Of a DNA stretch of 64,000 nt, positions 45,179 to 54,659 are shown piece by piece. The notes under the pieces were generated by a model. The model was not told the origin of the DNA and did not search any database. It was given only the letters and a program-made list of their open reading frames with translations. Position numbers and translations under genes: made by a program. The DNA lies in the IMG/VR virus record IMGVR_UViG_3300028559_000029, positions 6,744 to 70,743 of that record, one strand, 5' to 3'. Every line of letters begins with the position of its first letter. Positions within the stretch are counted from its first letter, which is position 1. The DNA comes from a virus.

Positions 45179-46132
45179 TTACTTAATAGTTTTTCTAACT
45201 AACATGCTATTTTTATAACCCGGATCATAAGTAAATTTAGGAGCAGCAGGAACAACCGAAAACCCTCTTGTAGTTACAATTCCATTATTATCTTTAGTGA
45301 CAGCAGTACCCGTTTCAAAAATAGGAGAACCATCAGCACCGTAAAGAGTATTTGTATATTTAAATCCTCCAAGTTCTCGGTTAGAACTGATATCTACCTG
45401 AGATTTTTCGGTTATATTTTCTCCACTAGCCATATTATTATAATCCTCCGCAGCAATACTATAAGAATCATATACAAAATCAACACTTATAGTTTGTAAA
45501 GAAGGAGAATTATAACCATCGGAATAACCTCCTACGCTTACAGGTGCTATATTATAGAATCTTATTAGTTTTCTTTTAAGCGGTTTGGTATATGCTCCTG
45601 CTTTTCCCATAAAAATTACATCTAATTTATTGGCTTTTACGTTATATTGAGGATCTCTTCTGGTTACAAATCCAAAATGTCCAACCAAAATCATCCAAGG
45701 ACGAATAACAAAATCAACAAAAGAAGCATTGGTTTCATTAAAAGTTATAGTCAATTTTCCAAATGGTTTTCTGCTACTCATAGTAACCGGAGCTTGAAAT
45801 CCCGCATATTCTAAACCCGCATTAGAAGCATTTATACTATCGCTTGGAATTGATATTTCAGAAGCAAAAACACATGCTAAAAATTCATGACCCTGTTGAT
45901 ATTCATCAGATATTAAAGATTTAACAACAGAATCTTGTATGCCCCAAGAATCTTCAAAGCTAGAGCCGCTTTCGTATCTCCTAACATTATCGATAAAAGA
46001 TTTTTTTAAAGCAAGTATGTCTTTAAATGGTATGGTTAAAAACCACTGACTCCCAACCGCTATAGAACTAGGCCATTTACTTATTATATCTAAATAATAA
46101 GGTATTGGACCGTTTAAATTTTCAAAAGCCAT
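45179..46132 (-). CDS. Tail-tube-fold baseplate protein (gp54-like)
   Basis: ASEISIPSD, FGKLTITFNET, FYNIAPVSVG, ISVDFVYD; adjacent to gp19. Confidence 0.6.
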   Translation of the reverse strand: MAFENLNGPIPYYLDIISKWPSSIAVGSQWFLTIPFKDILALKKSFIDNVRRYESGSSFEDSWGIQDSVVKSLISDEYQQGHEFLACVFASEISIPSDSINASNAGLEYAGFQAPVTMSSRKPFGKLTITFNETNASFVDFVIRPWMILVGHFGFVTRRDPQYNVKANKLDVIFMGKAGAYTKPLKRKLIRFYNIAPVSVGGYSDGYNSPSLQTISVDFVYDSYSIAAEDYNNMASGENITEKSQVDISSNRELGGFKYTNTLYGADGSPIFETGTAVTKDNNGIVTTRGFSVVPAAPKFTYDPGYKNSMLVRKTIK

Positions 46133-46138
46133 ATCAAA

Positions 46139-46144
46139 TACTTA
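46139..46144 (-). promoter_or_regulatory. Putative late promoter TAAGTA, 6 nt upstream of ATG
   Basis: Minus strand caTAAGTAtttgatATG. Confidence 0.6.
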
Positions 46145-46168
46145 TGTATGATATGTTATTATCAACAT

Positions 46169-46735
46169 TTATCTAGTAAGAAGCGGAGATGATTCTGGCT
46201 GAACCCAGTATTGATATGCAATTGTTGCCTGTGTAGTAACAATGTCGCCACCAGTGGTTACGTCAAGATTATAATCACCAATGTTTACACAATAAGCACC
46301 GATTAAATTATAAACTCTTATAACCTGACCACCCTTGCCCATAAGTGCAAGACCAATATTTCCTAAATCTTTTACTTCATAAGCACCAGTGCTTGTTGCA
46401 TCATCAAATGTTCCGCGAGTCCAGAGTTCAAGCTTAGAACGAATGGATACGTCTTGCGGCATTCTAAAGGTTACATTCCAAGAATCACTTGAAGGATAGC
46501 TGGCGGTTCCGGGAACATTGAAGGAAAGTCCCATAAAAGGGACCGCAATGGTTTTAATCGCACGTTTAGGAAGACTTGTTGTAGTAATATATACTAAGTC
46601 TTGCTGATCAAAAACAATGTTTGTTGCTCCAGATGATATATAAAGAACTCGGAAAAGATTTGTTCTTGCGAAATCTTTGTTGATAGCATTCTGAAAGAAG
46701 CTATTGATATCTTGGTTTTGAAATAGGTTTGCCAT
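46169..46735 (-). CDS. gp19: Tail tube protein
   Basis: FARTNLFRV, SLP..I.VPFMG..VPG, WNVTF, IRSKLELW, YNLIGAY, TIAYQYW; follows the sheath gene. Confidence 0.85.
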   Translation of the reverse strand: MANLFQNQDINSFFQNAINKDFARTNLFRVLYISSGATNIVFDQQDLVYITTTSLPKRAIKTIAVPFMGLSFNVPGTASYPSSDSWNVTFRMPQDVSIRSKLELWTRGTFDDATSTGAYEVKDLGNIGLALMGKGGQVIRVYNLIGAYCVNIGDYNLDVTTGGDIVTTQATIAYQYWVQPESSPLLTR

Positions 46736-46741
46736 ATAATA

Positions 46742-46747
46742 TATTTA
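46742..46747 (-). promoter_or_regulatory. Putative late promoter TAAATA, 6 nt upstream of the gp19 ATG
   Basis: Minus strand gaTAAATAtattatATG. Confidence 0.6.
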
Positions 46748-46756
46748 TCTTTTAAA

Positions 46757-49153
46757 TCATCTAATAAGCTCGTTAAAATCAACACCTGTTCTGGTTGCAA
46801 TGAAATCAGCTAAAATAAATTCAGCAGTTCTGACTGGTTGAATGTATATAGAAAGTCTGAGTTCATTGTTATCAATTACATCAGGAGTATTGTTACGTTC
46901 ATCGCAAACGATTCTATAGTCATATAAACCATCATTGTTTTTAGCTTGATTGAATATAGGAGCTAAACCATTAACCAAACGAGATCTGGTTGTGAATGTG
47001 TTAGGCTCGAATACATAGAATTTTAATAAACTTTCTGTCGTTTTTTCGAGTGATAAGAAGAGTCTTCTTACATTGATTCGATCAAATGCGGAAGGTTTAG
47101 TAAACAATGTTTTCTGACCAAATATTACAAATCCATCACCGGGAAAGAATGCAATTGGATTGACATTTATTCTCGCAAGTAAATCACGTTGTTTTTGTGT
47201 AGGATTGATTCCAACATCAGTAAGATTTGTTAAAACACCACGATTGAATCCAGCAGGAGCAGACCAAGGATATGCTATTTGTGAAGATGTTGCAAACACT
47301 GCGGCAACATAACCAGAAGAAGGAATCCAAACTTGCTTGTTAGAAGCGGTATCATTTGTTTTAATCCAGTTTCCATAAACCGCTGCATAGCTTGAAACGC
47401 TTCCAGCATAGAGGTTTTTTAATGGCCAATAGGTATCACTAGAAAAGACATAATTAGCATTTCTAGATACTTTTGAATCCGCTCCTTGAATGAAGATATA
47501 TTTAAGAGGATCAGCAATGAAAACATGATCCTTTCTTGTATTATCAGCAAATGCTACAAATTGATTTGCAATGTCTTTATAATCCGCACATATTCCTGCA
47601 ACCGGATTATTTGTTTGATCTTTAAGTATTGTTGTATCAACAAAATAAGTATCATCATAGATATACGGAGCATTCACAGTAGAAGTTCCATACAAAGCAG
47701 TTTTTCTTGCTTTAGCACCTGTCCAGATGGTTCCTAATCCAGCTTCAGCAGTTACGTCCAAATCAATATCAAGATTATCGATATTATTTAAAATTCTTTG
47801 AAGTTTTGCTGGAACATTTCCAACATCACCCGCAACCGAATTTGTATCTGAAATATAAACGCCCTGTGAGAAAAGACTTTTAGTTTCATTAGCAGTTCTT
47901 ACAGTTTTGGCTGGTAAACCATCATCATTAACCCAATCTCCAGTATTTGAAATATAAGGATTTATTACAACCTTAATCTTATTTGATGCTCTGTTTGCTA
48001 TATTTTCCAAGAAGAAAGTATCAGCAGGACCAGCATTTCTATCATTTTGTGTACGTTTGCTATACAATGAACCAGTATAGCCCTCTGATACAATTGCGTC
48101 AATAACAACCGTGTCCTGTGCATAAATAGAGGTACGAAGCTTAAACACCATAAGAGTTAAGCAATCATTATAATAGCTAGTTCCAAAATCAATTCCTATT
48201 GGAAACTGTTCAACTGTTTGAGAAATACTATTTCCTGCGGATGAAAATGATTGAGTCAGAGTAAAGTTTAATCTTGAGCTTGGAACTGTTACAAATGTTT
48301 GATAATTTCCATTAACAATTGTATTACTTGCTTTTACGCTTGTTATACAAGTAAAATCAGTTGCAGGGTTGCTATTGGAATTATCAGAAATAGCAATGTA
48401 ATACCCCTCATAGAGATTATTGACAGAGGTTTTTACAGAATCGATGACAACAATACCGCCATAATTTTGAAGATCTTTAAAACTTTTGATATTGACAGCA
48501 CTATAAGAATTTCCCCAAGCAACATTATTTTCAACGATATCCAAATATTGTTGATCAGAGAGCAAAATAGATTTAGGAGACAATACATCATATGATGTAG
48601 AATCCGTATATGAAAGATTGGTGGTTGTTGCGGTATATCCGCTAATAACGTCTATGATTGTATTTTCATAAACAGCCTCTACTGATGTGAGACTGAGATA
48701 AGTAGTATGTGAAATTTCGGTATCATATCCCAAATATACAGGATATGAATTAGTTCCATCAGAACTCAATGCAATATTTCCACTAACTGTACTTAATGCA
48801 GCTATTTTAGTTGTAGTTTTTCCTTGAAGAGGATATACTAAAGCAGTGTATTGATTGGAAAATCCTGCTCCTGCACCAGATCCGTATGGCATTCTTGTTA
48901 CCAAAAGATTAGTAGGAGATTGTGTTAAAAGTTGACGAGCAGAATGATAAAGATATCTTTCAGCTGCATTTGTTGGACTTCCGAACACTTCTTCATATTC
49001 AGAAAGACTTCCAACATTGATAATCTCATCAGTTGGTCCTTGGCTGGCAAACCCTGTGATAAAGGTATTTGTTGCTCCAGTTGGTCTTGCAATAAGGCTA
49101 ATATCTACTTCGTTAATTTGTACACCGGGAGATGCTATGGTTCTTGTTGACAT
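46757..49153 (-). CDS. gp18: Tail sheath protein
   Basis: SPGVQINEVD, PWSAPAGFNRG, VNPI, FGQKTL, SAFDRINVRRLF, FEPN, CDERNNTPDVID, IQPVRTAEFI. Confidence 0.95.
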   Translation of the reverse strand: MSTRTIASPGVQINEVDISLIARPTGATNTFITGFASQGPTDEIINVGSLSEYEEVFGSPTNAAERYLYHSARQLLTQSPTNLLVTRMPYGSGAGAGFSNQYTALVYPLQGKTTTKIAALSTVSGNIALSSDGTNSYPVYLGYDTEISHTTYLSLTSVEAVYENTIIDVISGYTATTTNLSYTDSTSYDVLSPKSILLSDQQYLDIVENNVAWGNSYSAVNIKSFKDLQNYGGIVVIDSVKTSVNNLYEGYYIAISDNSNSNPATDFTCITSVKASNTIVNGNYQTFVTVPSSRLNFTLTQSFSSAGNSISQTVEQFPIGIDFGTSYYNDCLTLMVFKLRTSIYAQDTVVIDAIVSEGYTGSLYSKRTQNDRNAGPADTFFLENIANRASNKIKVVINPYISNTGDWVNDDGLPAKTVRTANETKSLFSQGVYISDTNSVAGDVGNVPAKLQRILNNIDNLDIDLDVTAEAGLGTIWTGAKARKTALYGTSTVNAPYIYDDTYFVDTTILKDQTNNPVAGICADYKDIANQFVAFADNTRKDHVFIADPLKYIFIQGADSKVSRNANYVFSSDTYWPLKNLYAGSVSSYAAVYGNWIKTNDTASNKQVWIPSSGYVAAVFATSSQIAYPWSAPAGFNRGVLTNLTDVGINPTQKQRDLLARINVNPIAFFPGDGFVIFGQKTLFTKPSAFDRINVRRLFLSLEKTTESLLKFYVFEPNTFTTRSRLVNGLAPIFNQAKNNDGLYDYRIVCDERNNTPDVIDNNELRLSIYIQPVRTAEFILADFIATRTGVDFNELIR

Positions 49154-49243
49154 AATTTATAATACTATTTACCTTTCATTAATATCCATTTAATTATTTT
49201 TTTTATTAAGAAATTTTTAACATACAGTATAATTATATATAGA

Positions 49244-49684
49244 ATGAAAAATTTTGACAAAATTATAAGTAAAGCCAGTACACAATTATTAGAAGATAAT
49301 CAAAATCCTGTTATTGACAAAGCAGTAGAAGATATTAGAAATGCTATTACTAGTAGCGGAAAAGCAAATTCAAATCCAAATGCAAAGGCACTTGCTTCTA
49401 AATTATTTGACACACCAGAAGGTACGACAAATGATCCTTTACACAGTGCTTTTGATAAATTAAAAAATAACCCAGAAAATCCAAATCTATCTGCAAAAGA
49501 ATTAGAAACTTTTTTATCCGTTGCTGCCAAGTTAAAACCAACCGAAACACCAATTGACAAACAAGAAGCAAAACAAGGAGAAAGTCCAAATACATATCAA
49601 CAATCGGGAACAAAAACATCACAACAAACATCACAGCAACCAAACGGAAAACAATACAACCCTTTAAATCAGCCGAGTGCTTAG
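49244..49684 (+). CDS. Hypothetical protein, possible internal head protein
   Basis: 146 aa; N-terminus MKNFDKII..QLLE. Confidence 0.55.
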   Translation: MKNFDKIISKASTQLLEDNQNPVIDKAVEDIRNAITSSGKANSNPNAKALASKLFDTPEGTTNDPLHSAFDKLKNNPENPNLSAKELETFLSVAAKLKPTETPIDKQEAKQGESPNTYQQSGTKTSQQTSQQPNGKQYNPLNQPSA

Positions 49685-49696
49685 TAATTATTACTG

Positions 49697-50503
49697 ATGC
49701 GTAATAAACCTCGATCAAAAGCGAAGCCTTTGGAAAGTAAAATTGAAACATCTTCCGAAGACACCTCTCCATATGTTTTTCAACGTGATAAAATTAAATT
49801 TGACTTAACAGTTAAAGAATTACCGTGGACGAATAGACAAAAGGAAATAATAAAAACGTTTTTAGATAAAAAAACAAAAGTATTGTTGCTGAAGGGTCCG
49901 GCAGGAACGAGTAAAACTACCTTGGGAATGTATTGCGGTCTTACTCTTTTAAATATGAGAAGAGTTTCTGATATGGTTTTAGTTAGATCGGCGGTTGAAT
50001 CATCAGATTCTAAGCTGGGATTTCTACCGGGTGATATTGCGGAGAAATTTAATGTTTATTTGACTCCTTTTCATGATAAATTTCAAGAATTATTGAATAA
50101 ATCCTTGATAGATAAGCTAGAAAAGGATAATAGACTAACAATATGTCCTATAAATTTTGCAAGAGGACTTCATTTTTCGGCAAAATTTGTATGTGCAGAT
50201 GAAGTTCAAAACTTTTCTAAACGAGAAATACATACTCTTATGAGCAGAATTGGAGAATTTTCAAAAGTTTTTTTATGTGGTGATCCAGAACAAAGTGATT
50301 TACCATTTGGAAAATCAGGATTTGATAAAATTTATAATCTCTTCAATAATGAAGAATCTAAAGAACATGGAATTTTTTGCATGGAGTTAACCGAAGAAGA
50401 TATCGTTCGTTCAGAACTTTGTAAATATATAACACACAAATTTAAAGAATTAATTGCAAATGAACAACCAAAAGACACTTGGAGACCATCGGATGGTAAG
50501 TAA
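49697..50503 (+). CDS. phoH: PhoH-family ATPase
   Basis: GPAGTSKT, RSAVE, LGFLPG, RG, ADEVQN, SRIGE.SK..CGDPEQSDL, EDIVRS. Confidence 0.92.
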   Translation: MRNKPRSKAKPLESKIETSSEDTSPYVFQRDKIKFDLTVKELPWTNRQKEIIKTFLDKKTKVLLLKGPAGTSKTTLGMYCGLTLLNMRRVSDMVLVRSAVESSDSKLGFLPGDIAEKFNVYLTPFHDKFQELLNKSLIDKLEKDNRLTICPINFARGLHFSAKFVCADEVQNFSKREIHTLMSRIGEFSKVFLCGDPEQSDLPFGKSGFDKIYNLFNNEESKEHGIFCMELTEEDIVRSELCKYITHKFKELIANEQPKDTWRPSDGK

Positions 50504-50514
50504 GTAAATAAGAC

Positions 50515-50697
50515 ATGAATAATACTACATCATATAATACAGTTACAAACAGGCCGATTGCTTGCACTTTTTGCGGAGCAAATGTTAGTGGTCAAGTATC
50601 TCCCATACAAAACCAGCAAACAAAAGAAACAGAAAACGTCTGTAGATGGGTTTGTTCCAGATGTGGAAATTTAGTCAAAGTTGGAAGAGTAAACTAA
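50515..50697 (+). CDS. Small zinc-ribbon protein
   Basis: CTFC..CSRC in 60 aa; preceded by TAAGTA. Confidence 0.6.
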   Translation: MNNTTSYNTVTNRPIACTFCGANVSGQVSPIQNQQTKETENVCRWVCSRCGNLVKVGRVN

Positions 50698-50698
50698 A

Positions 50699-51142
50699 AT
50701 GAACTTCGAAGAAACACTTGAAGAGTCTTTGGATGGCTTGTGGAATAATCGTCAATATGGTGGTACTAATGAATTGCCTAGAAAAGATTATCAACCATAC
50801 AGCAGTAGTCAAGGATATTCCTTTCCATACCAGAAAGGTTCTCCTCCCGTGTTTCCGCCAACTGCTCCAGAACCGGAAAAGATTCCATCAATTCCTTGGC
50901 CTTTGGATACAGTTACCAGCGATTTAGCAGATAGTTTTGTATATCTTCTTTCTGCATATAGAAAGATGCAACGTTGTGTAAGCGAAAACCCATCAATAAA
51001 CAAAAGACAAAAATTAGCAATTAAAGTTTTGATGAAATTGACAAAATCTTCATTAATAGGAATTAAAAAAGTTGGAAGTAATATATTAAACGTTGCAAAT
51101 CTAGTAGAGATTGATGCAAAGCAAAATCCTAATATTTTTTAA
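50699..51142 (+). CDS. Hypothetical protein
   Basis: 147 aa, Pro-rich centre. Confidence 0.55.
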   Translation: MNFEETLEESLDGLWNNRQYGGTNELPRKDYQPYSSSQGYSFPYQKGSPPVFPPTAPEPEKIPSIPWPLDTVTSDLADSFVYLLSAYRKMQRCVSENPSINKRQKLAIKVLMKLTKSSLIGIKKVGSNILNVANLVEIDAKQNPNIF

Positions 51143-51151
51143 AAATATATC

Positions 51152-51180
51152 TTTACAATTTTTATGATTTGATGTAGTAT
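51152..51180 (+). promoter_or_regulatory. Sigma70-type promoter (TTTACA-17-TAGTAT), 7 nt before ATG
   Basis: TTTACA 51152-51157, TAGTAT 51175-51180, ATG 51188. Confidence 0.5.
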
Positions 51181-51187
51181 TCAGATT

Positions 51188-51616
51188 ATGAAAATTAACA
51201 AAGAATTAATATTATTTATAAAATCAACACTAACTGTAACACTAACATCTACTCTAATAGCACTATCTGCTTGGATGGTGGGACAGAATTATATTGCTGC
51301 ATTTCTTTTATCTATTAGCATTCAATATATTCTATTTTCTTTTTTTGGGGGATTGTTTAATAACTATTTTTATCAAATCACAAGACAAAAAGAATTAGAT
51401 AAGCTTGAGCAACTATCTACCATTCTAGAATGTGCTTATTGTAAAAAGCATAATATAATGACTTTTATTCCAGATGAAAATGAAAGAGTAGAATTTGTGT
51501 GTGATTCATGTGAAAAAAGAAATTTGGTTAATATCAATTTTACAGTTGCTAGAATTACAGAACCAGTTATAAGCAATCAAAGCGCACTCTCGACTCCAAC
51601 CTTTACAAAAGAATAA
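51188..51616 (+). CDS. Membrane protein (2 TM helices) with C-terminal zinc ribbon
   Basis: Two hydrophobic segments, then CAYC..CDSC. Confidence 0.65.
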   Translation: MKINKELILFIKSTLTVTLTSTLIALSAWMVGQNYIAAFLLSISIQYILFSFFGGLFNNYFYQITRQKELDKLEQLSTILECAYCKKHNIMTFIPDENERVEFVCDSCEKRNLVNINFTVARITEPVISNQSALSTPTFTKE

Positions 51617-51618
51617 TC

Positions 51619-51909
51619 ATGAATACTAAAACAAATCCAACTACATGGTGGGAAGAAATGCATGGAAAGGCTTCTATGTTATCCAAGTGGATAGCTCTAT
51701 ACGAGGCTGTAAATATTGTTTCGGATAAAGCAGAGGAAAGGGGAGTTTCTCCAGAAAAGATAGTATATAAGCCAAAAGCAATCAGAGATTATATTACTGC
51801 TACCGAGGATATTATTTTAAAGAAAATCCTAATGGAAGATTATAACATAGATGTTTGTTATTCTGAAGAAAATTCTAATGACCATCTAAATATAAAAATT
51901 ATTCAATAA
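51619..51909 (+). CDS. Hypothetical protein
   Basis: 96-aa ORF. Confidence 0.55.
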   Translation: MNTKTNPTTWWEEMHGKASMLSKWIALYEAVNIVSDKAEERGVSPEKIVYKPKAIRDYITATEDIILKKILMEDYNIDVCYSEENSNDHLNIKIIQ

Positions 51910-52532
51910 TTTCCATATACAGAAGTATTATCACATGGATTTTCTGTAGCATAATCAAAGTTATTTAAACTTGCTTCATTGGCTTTATCATTATCATCCA
52001 GAGGAATATTTCCCATTCCAGAACCTGGACTATTTGTTTCAAAGCTATAGTCATATCGCTTACCTTTAAAAAACCAAACATAATGTCCTCCTAGTGGATT
52101 TCCTTGAAATTCATCTATTACTTCCGTAAGCTGATAAATTGTTGGTCCTCTTCTAGGATAATTTAACCTATCTATACCAAACTCTGATAGCATCATTAAA
52201 TCACCTGCTCTTGGTTCTGAGGATAAACCATATAGCAATGTAAAATGATATGGGTGGATTACTCCGGACATATCACTGTCTGCCAGTATTCCGAATTTTG
52301 AAAGTAAAAGAGCATCGTTGTTTAAATTTAATAAAACAATAAGTGGCTTGCCATCGGTAAAGCCACCATCTGGTTTTTCGCCATATAAGAAATTAAAACT
52401 AGAAAGCGGTGCGGTATTGGAATAATAAGAAACTTCTTGTCCATAGATGTTTATTTGTTCTTTCCACCAATTTGAAAAATTTTGTCTTTCCGTTTGGTTT
52501 TTAGTTTTATTTAAATATCTTAAATTTTCCAT
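51903..52532 (-). CDS. gp14: Neck / head-closure protein (gp14-like)
   Basis: EQINIYGQEVSYY, LYGE, LLSKFGI, EPRAGDL, FQ..LG.HYVW. Confidence 0.7.
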   Translation of the reverse strand: MENLRYLNKTKNQTERQNFSNWWKEQINIYGQEVSYYSNTAPLSSFNFLYGEKPDGGFTDGKPLIVLLNLNNDALLLSKFGILADSDMSGVIHPYHFTLLYGLSSEPRAGDLMMLSEFGIDRLNYPRRGPTIYQLTEVIDEFQGNPLGGHYVWFFKGKRYDYSFETNSPGSGMGNIPLDDNDKANEASLNNFDYATENPCDNTSVYGNY

Positions 52533-52533
52533 A

Positions 52534-52884
52534 TTATTTTTTTTGTCTATTTAAATTAAATTTTTTAGTGTTTGAATCAAAGTTAATCATGATTCCTGTC
52601 CTATTTATTGCCTTTGAATAGCTTTTTTCTGGAAGATGTTTTATTCCATATGTTTTTAAAAGGCGTTGTGCAGCAGCAATTCCAATAGGCCACTTTCCAA
52701 CCTTATCATATTTTACAATGCTATCTACTATAGGATCATCTTTTCTTCCCGCTGCACCATACATTCTTGCAACCTGATTTTGATGTTTTCTGTTTATAGA
52801 ACGAATTGGATTCTGATGATGTTTTCTAGTATTCGGTGTAAATCTTTCTTTCGAAGCATCAAAAAATTTAGAAAAGTTTTCCAT
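52534..52884 (-). CDS. Hypothetical basic late protein
   Basis: 116 aa; TAAGTA 6 nt upstream of the ATG. Confidence 0.6.
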   Translation of the reverse strand: MENFSKFFDASKERFTPNTRKHHQNPIRSINRKHQNQVARMYGAAGRKDDPIVDSIVKYDKVGKWPIGIAAAQRLLKTYGIKHLPEKSYSKAINRTGIMINFDSNTKKFNLNRQKK

Positions 52885-52890
52885 ATCCTA

Positions 52891-52896
52891 TACTTA
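52891..52896 (-). promoter_or_regulatory. Putative late promoter TAAGTA, 6 nt upstream of ATG
   Basis: Minus strand acTAAGTAtaggatATG. Confidence 0.6.
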
Positions 52897-52904
52897 GTCA
52901 TAGC

Positions 52905-52938
52905 AAAAAAAAATCCGATACAATGTATCGGATTTTTT
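52905..52938 (-). terminator. Intrinsic terminator after the acidic protein gene
   Basis: aaaaaatccgatac-aat-gtatcggatttttt hairpin; A9 run gives a U tract on the minus strand. Confidence 0.8.
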
Positions 52939-52959
52939 AAATATTATGTTTTTTTTATA

Positions 52960-53769
52960 TTACTGATCAAAAAGACCTTTTCCAACCTTAACTCCACCAA
53001 CATTGTGTTTAGATGGTTTTGTTAATTCTTCTGGATTTGAACGGAAGGGTTCAGGCTTTCCGTCATATCGAGTTCCTTTAGTAACTTGTGCTTTCTTTTT
53101 AGTTACATGAACAGCATTTCTGACTTTTTGATTTGAAGATTTGTTTAATTTATTTTCTAATCTTTCCTTATTAACAAGCGCATGACCTTCTATTTCAGCC
53201 TCAACAGATTCTTCAGAAACTGGATATCCTTCCATATCTTCTTCGTCCATATCCATATCTTCTTCATCCATATCCATATCTTCTTCGCCTTCTTCATTTT
53301 CTTCTTCGCCAATTAAAGACTCTAAAGCAGCTACAGCACTTTTTAAATGATCGAGAACAGCTTCAAGACCTTCTTTTTCAGTTTCTTCGCCTTCTTCTTC
53401 TGAAGGTTCGTCGGTGTCTTCCATGTCAAAGTTCATTTCATCCCCAGCTTCATCTTCAACTTCACCAGAAAAATCTAATGTATCACTATCTTCTTCACCA
53501 AATGCTTCTTGAGCTAATATTTTATTATAAAGAAGATCAAATGGATTTTTAGATTCGCTGCTAACAGATTTAGGAAGTGAATCAGAATCTTGTTCGGAGT
53601 GTGGTCCTTTAACTGGTTTTTCAGTTTTTACGGCTTCTGGTCCAGAGTTTTTAACAAATTTCTTTGCTTTTTCTGCACCTTCAAGTTCTCCAGTGTTATC
53701 AGCTGCAACGCTGGAATTCTTCTTTGTATCTTCGTTTAATACTGAGAGGTATGATTTCATGAATGACAT
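52960..53769 (-). CDS. Highly acidic protein, possible prohead core/scaffold or internal protein
   Basis: D/E-rich centre, basic C-terminus, LNE-type putative prohead-protease site, TAAATA upstream, own terminator. Confidence 0.55.
   Translation of the reverse strand: MSFMKSYLSVLNEDTKKNSSVAADNTGELEGAEKAKKFVKNSGPEAVKTEKPVKGPHSEQDSDSLPKSVSSESKNPFDLLYNKILAQEAFGEEDSDTLDFSGEVEDEAGDEMNFDMEDTDEPSEEEGEETEKEGLEAVLDHLKSAVAALESLIGEEENEEGEEDMDMDEEDMDMDEEDMEGYPVSEESVEAEIEGHALVNKERLENKLNKSSNQKVRNAVHVTKKKAQVTKGTRYDGKPEPFRSNPEELTKPSKHNVGGVKVGKGLFDQ
53231..53286. repeat. 21-bp tandem repeat (about 2.7 copies) encoding EEDMDMD
   Basis: tccatatcttcttc(g/a)tccata units. Confidence 0.85.
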
Positions 53770-53840
53770 ATAGTTGTATTGTTGTAATGATATTTACCTC
53801 GAATTATTACATTTCAACAAAAAAAATATTTTTTTTTATT

Positions 53841-54659
53841 TTAATTTTTTGAACTTAACATCATTTCTGCTTCGTGTTTAAAATCTATTGGAGAAATTAA
53901 TTCATAATCATTTTCTCCAGCAACCCAAACAATATAAGAAGAGTGTATTTTAAATGGAGAATTTCTTTCAAATATCAAACTATACAATGAAAGTTGAAAA
54001 CTATATTTTGTATGTTCACATTTTGAAATATGTTCAAATGGTTTTAAAAAATTTTCACCATATGAATTTTTTCTTTCAATTTTTTTATTAGTTTTATAAT
54101 CAAAAATAACAAATTCTTTTGTTTTTTTGTTATAAGAAAGATTGTCTATTGTTCCGCAAATCGTAGATTCTTTATCTCCTATTACAAATTCCGACTTAAT
54201 AAGAATATGATCTTGTTTCCACCATTCATAAAAATTTCTAAAATTTCTTATAAGAATAGCCATTTCATTGTAATATTTTTCAATTTCAGAGTTTTCACAA
54301 AAGAATAATTCTCCTTTTGGTGACATAAAATTAACAAATGCTTCTCTATCTATTGGAACAATTCTACGTTCTAAGAAATTTTCAACATGTAAATGAAATT
54401 CTGAACCCTTGTGACAAGAATAATTTTTATTTTTCTCCCACTTTTCGAGAATAGTTTTTACAGGAACTTTTTCCTTTTTGGCTACTCTTGCTGCGATTAC
54501 ATCAGTATTAAAAGGTTTTTCATAACTAGAAATAAGACCCGAAACAGAAGTTTTAGCTTTTTTTCCTGAAATTTCATATGTATGATTTTTTTCAAAAAAT
54601 TTAATATCTGAAAAGGAATCGTATAATTCTATAATGGTATCTAAATTAGGAGTTTTCAT
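53841..54659 (-). CDS. PD-(D/E)xK exonuclease (phage exonuclease/Cas4-related fold)
   Basis: HTY, TSVS, KGSEFH, SEF, GTIDNL, IFDYKTNK, YSFQLSLY. Confidence 0.85.
   Translation of the reverse strand: MKTPNLDTIIELYDSFSDIKFFEKNHTYEISGKKAKTSVSGLISSYEKPFNTDVIAARVAKKEKVPVKTILEKWEKNKNYSCHKGSEFHLHVENFLERRIVPIDREAFVNFMSPKGELFFCENSEIEKYYNEMAILIRNFRNFYEWWKQDHILIKSEFVIGDKESTICGTIDNLSYNKKTKEFVIFDYKTNKKIERKNSYGENFLKPFEHISKCEHTKYSFQLSLYSLIFERNSPFKIHSSYIVWVAGENDYELISPIDFKHEAEMMLSSKN

Noticed and set aside
30063-49153. Bacterial contractile injection system (eCIS/T6SS) or tailocin
   Set aside because: Terminase, neck protein, gp55 and a full T4-like replisome show a genuine myovirus
53841-54659. Nuclease as Cas4 of a CRISPR system
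   Set aside because: No clear four-Cys Fe-S arrangement, no other cas genes and no array; a generic phage PD-(D/E)xK exonuclease fits better
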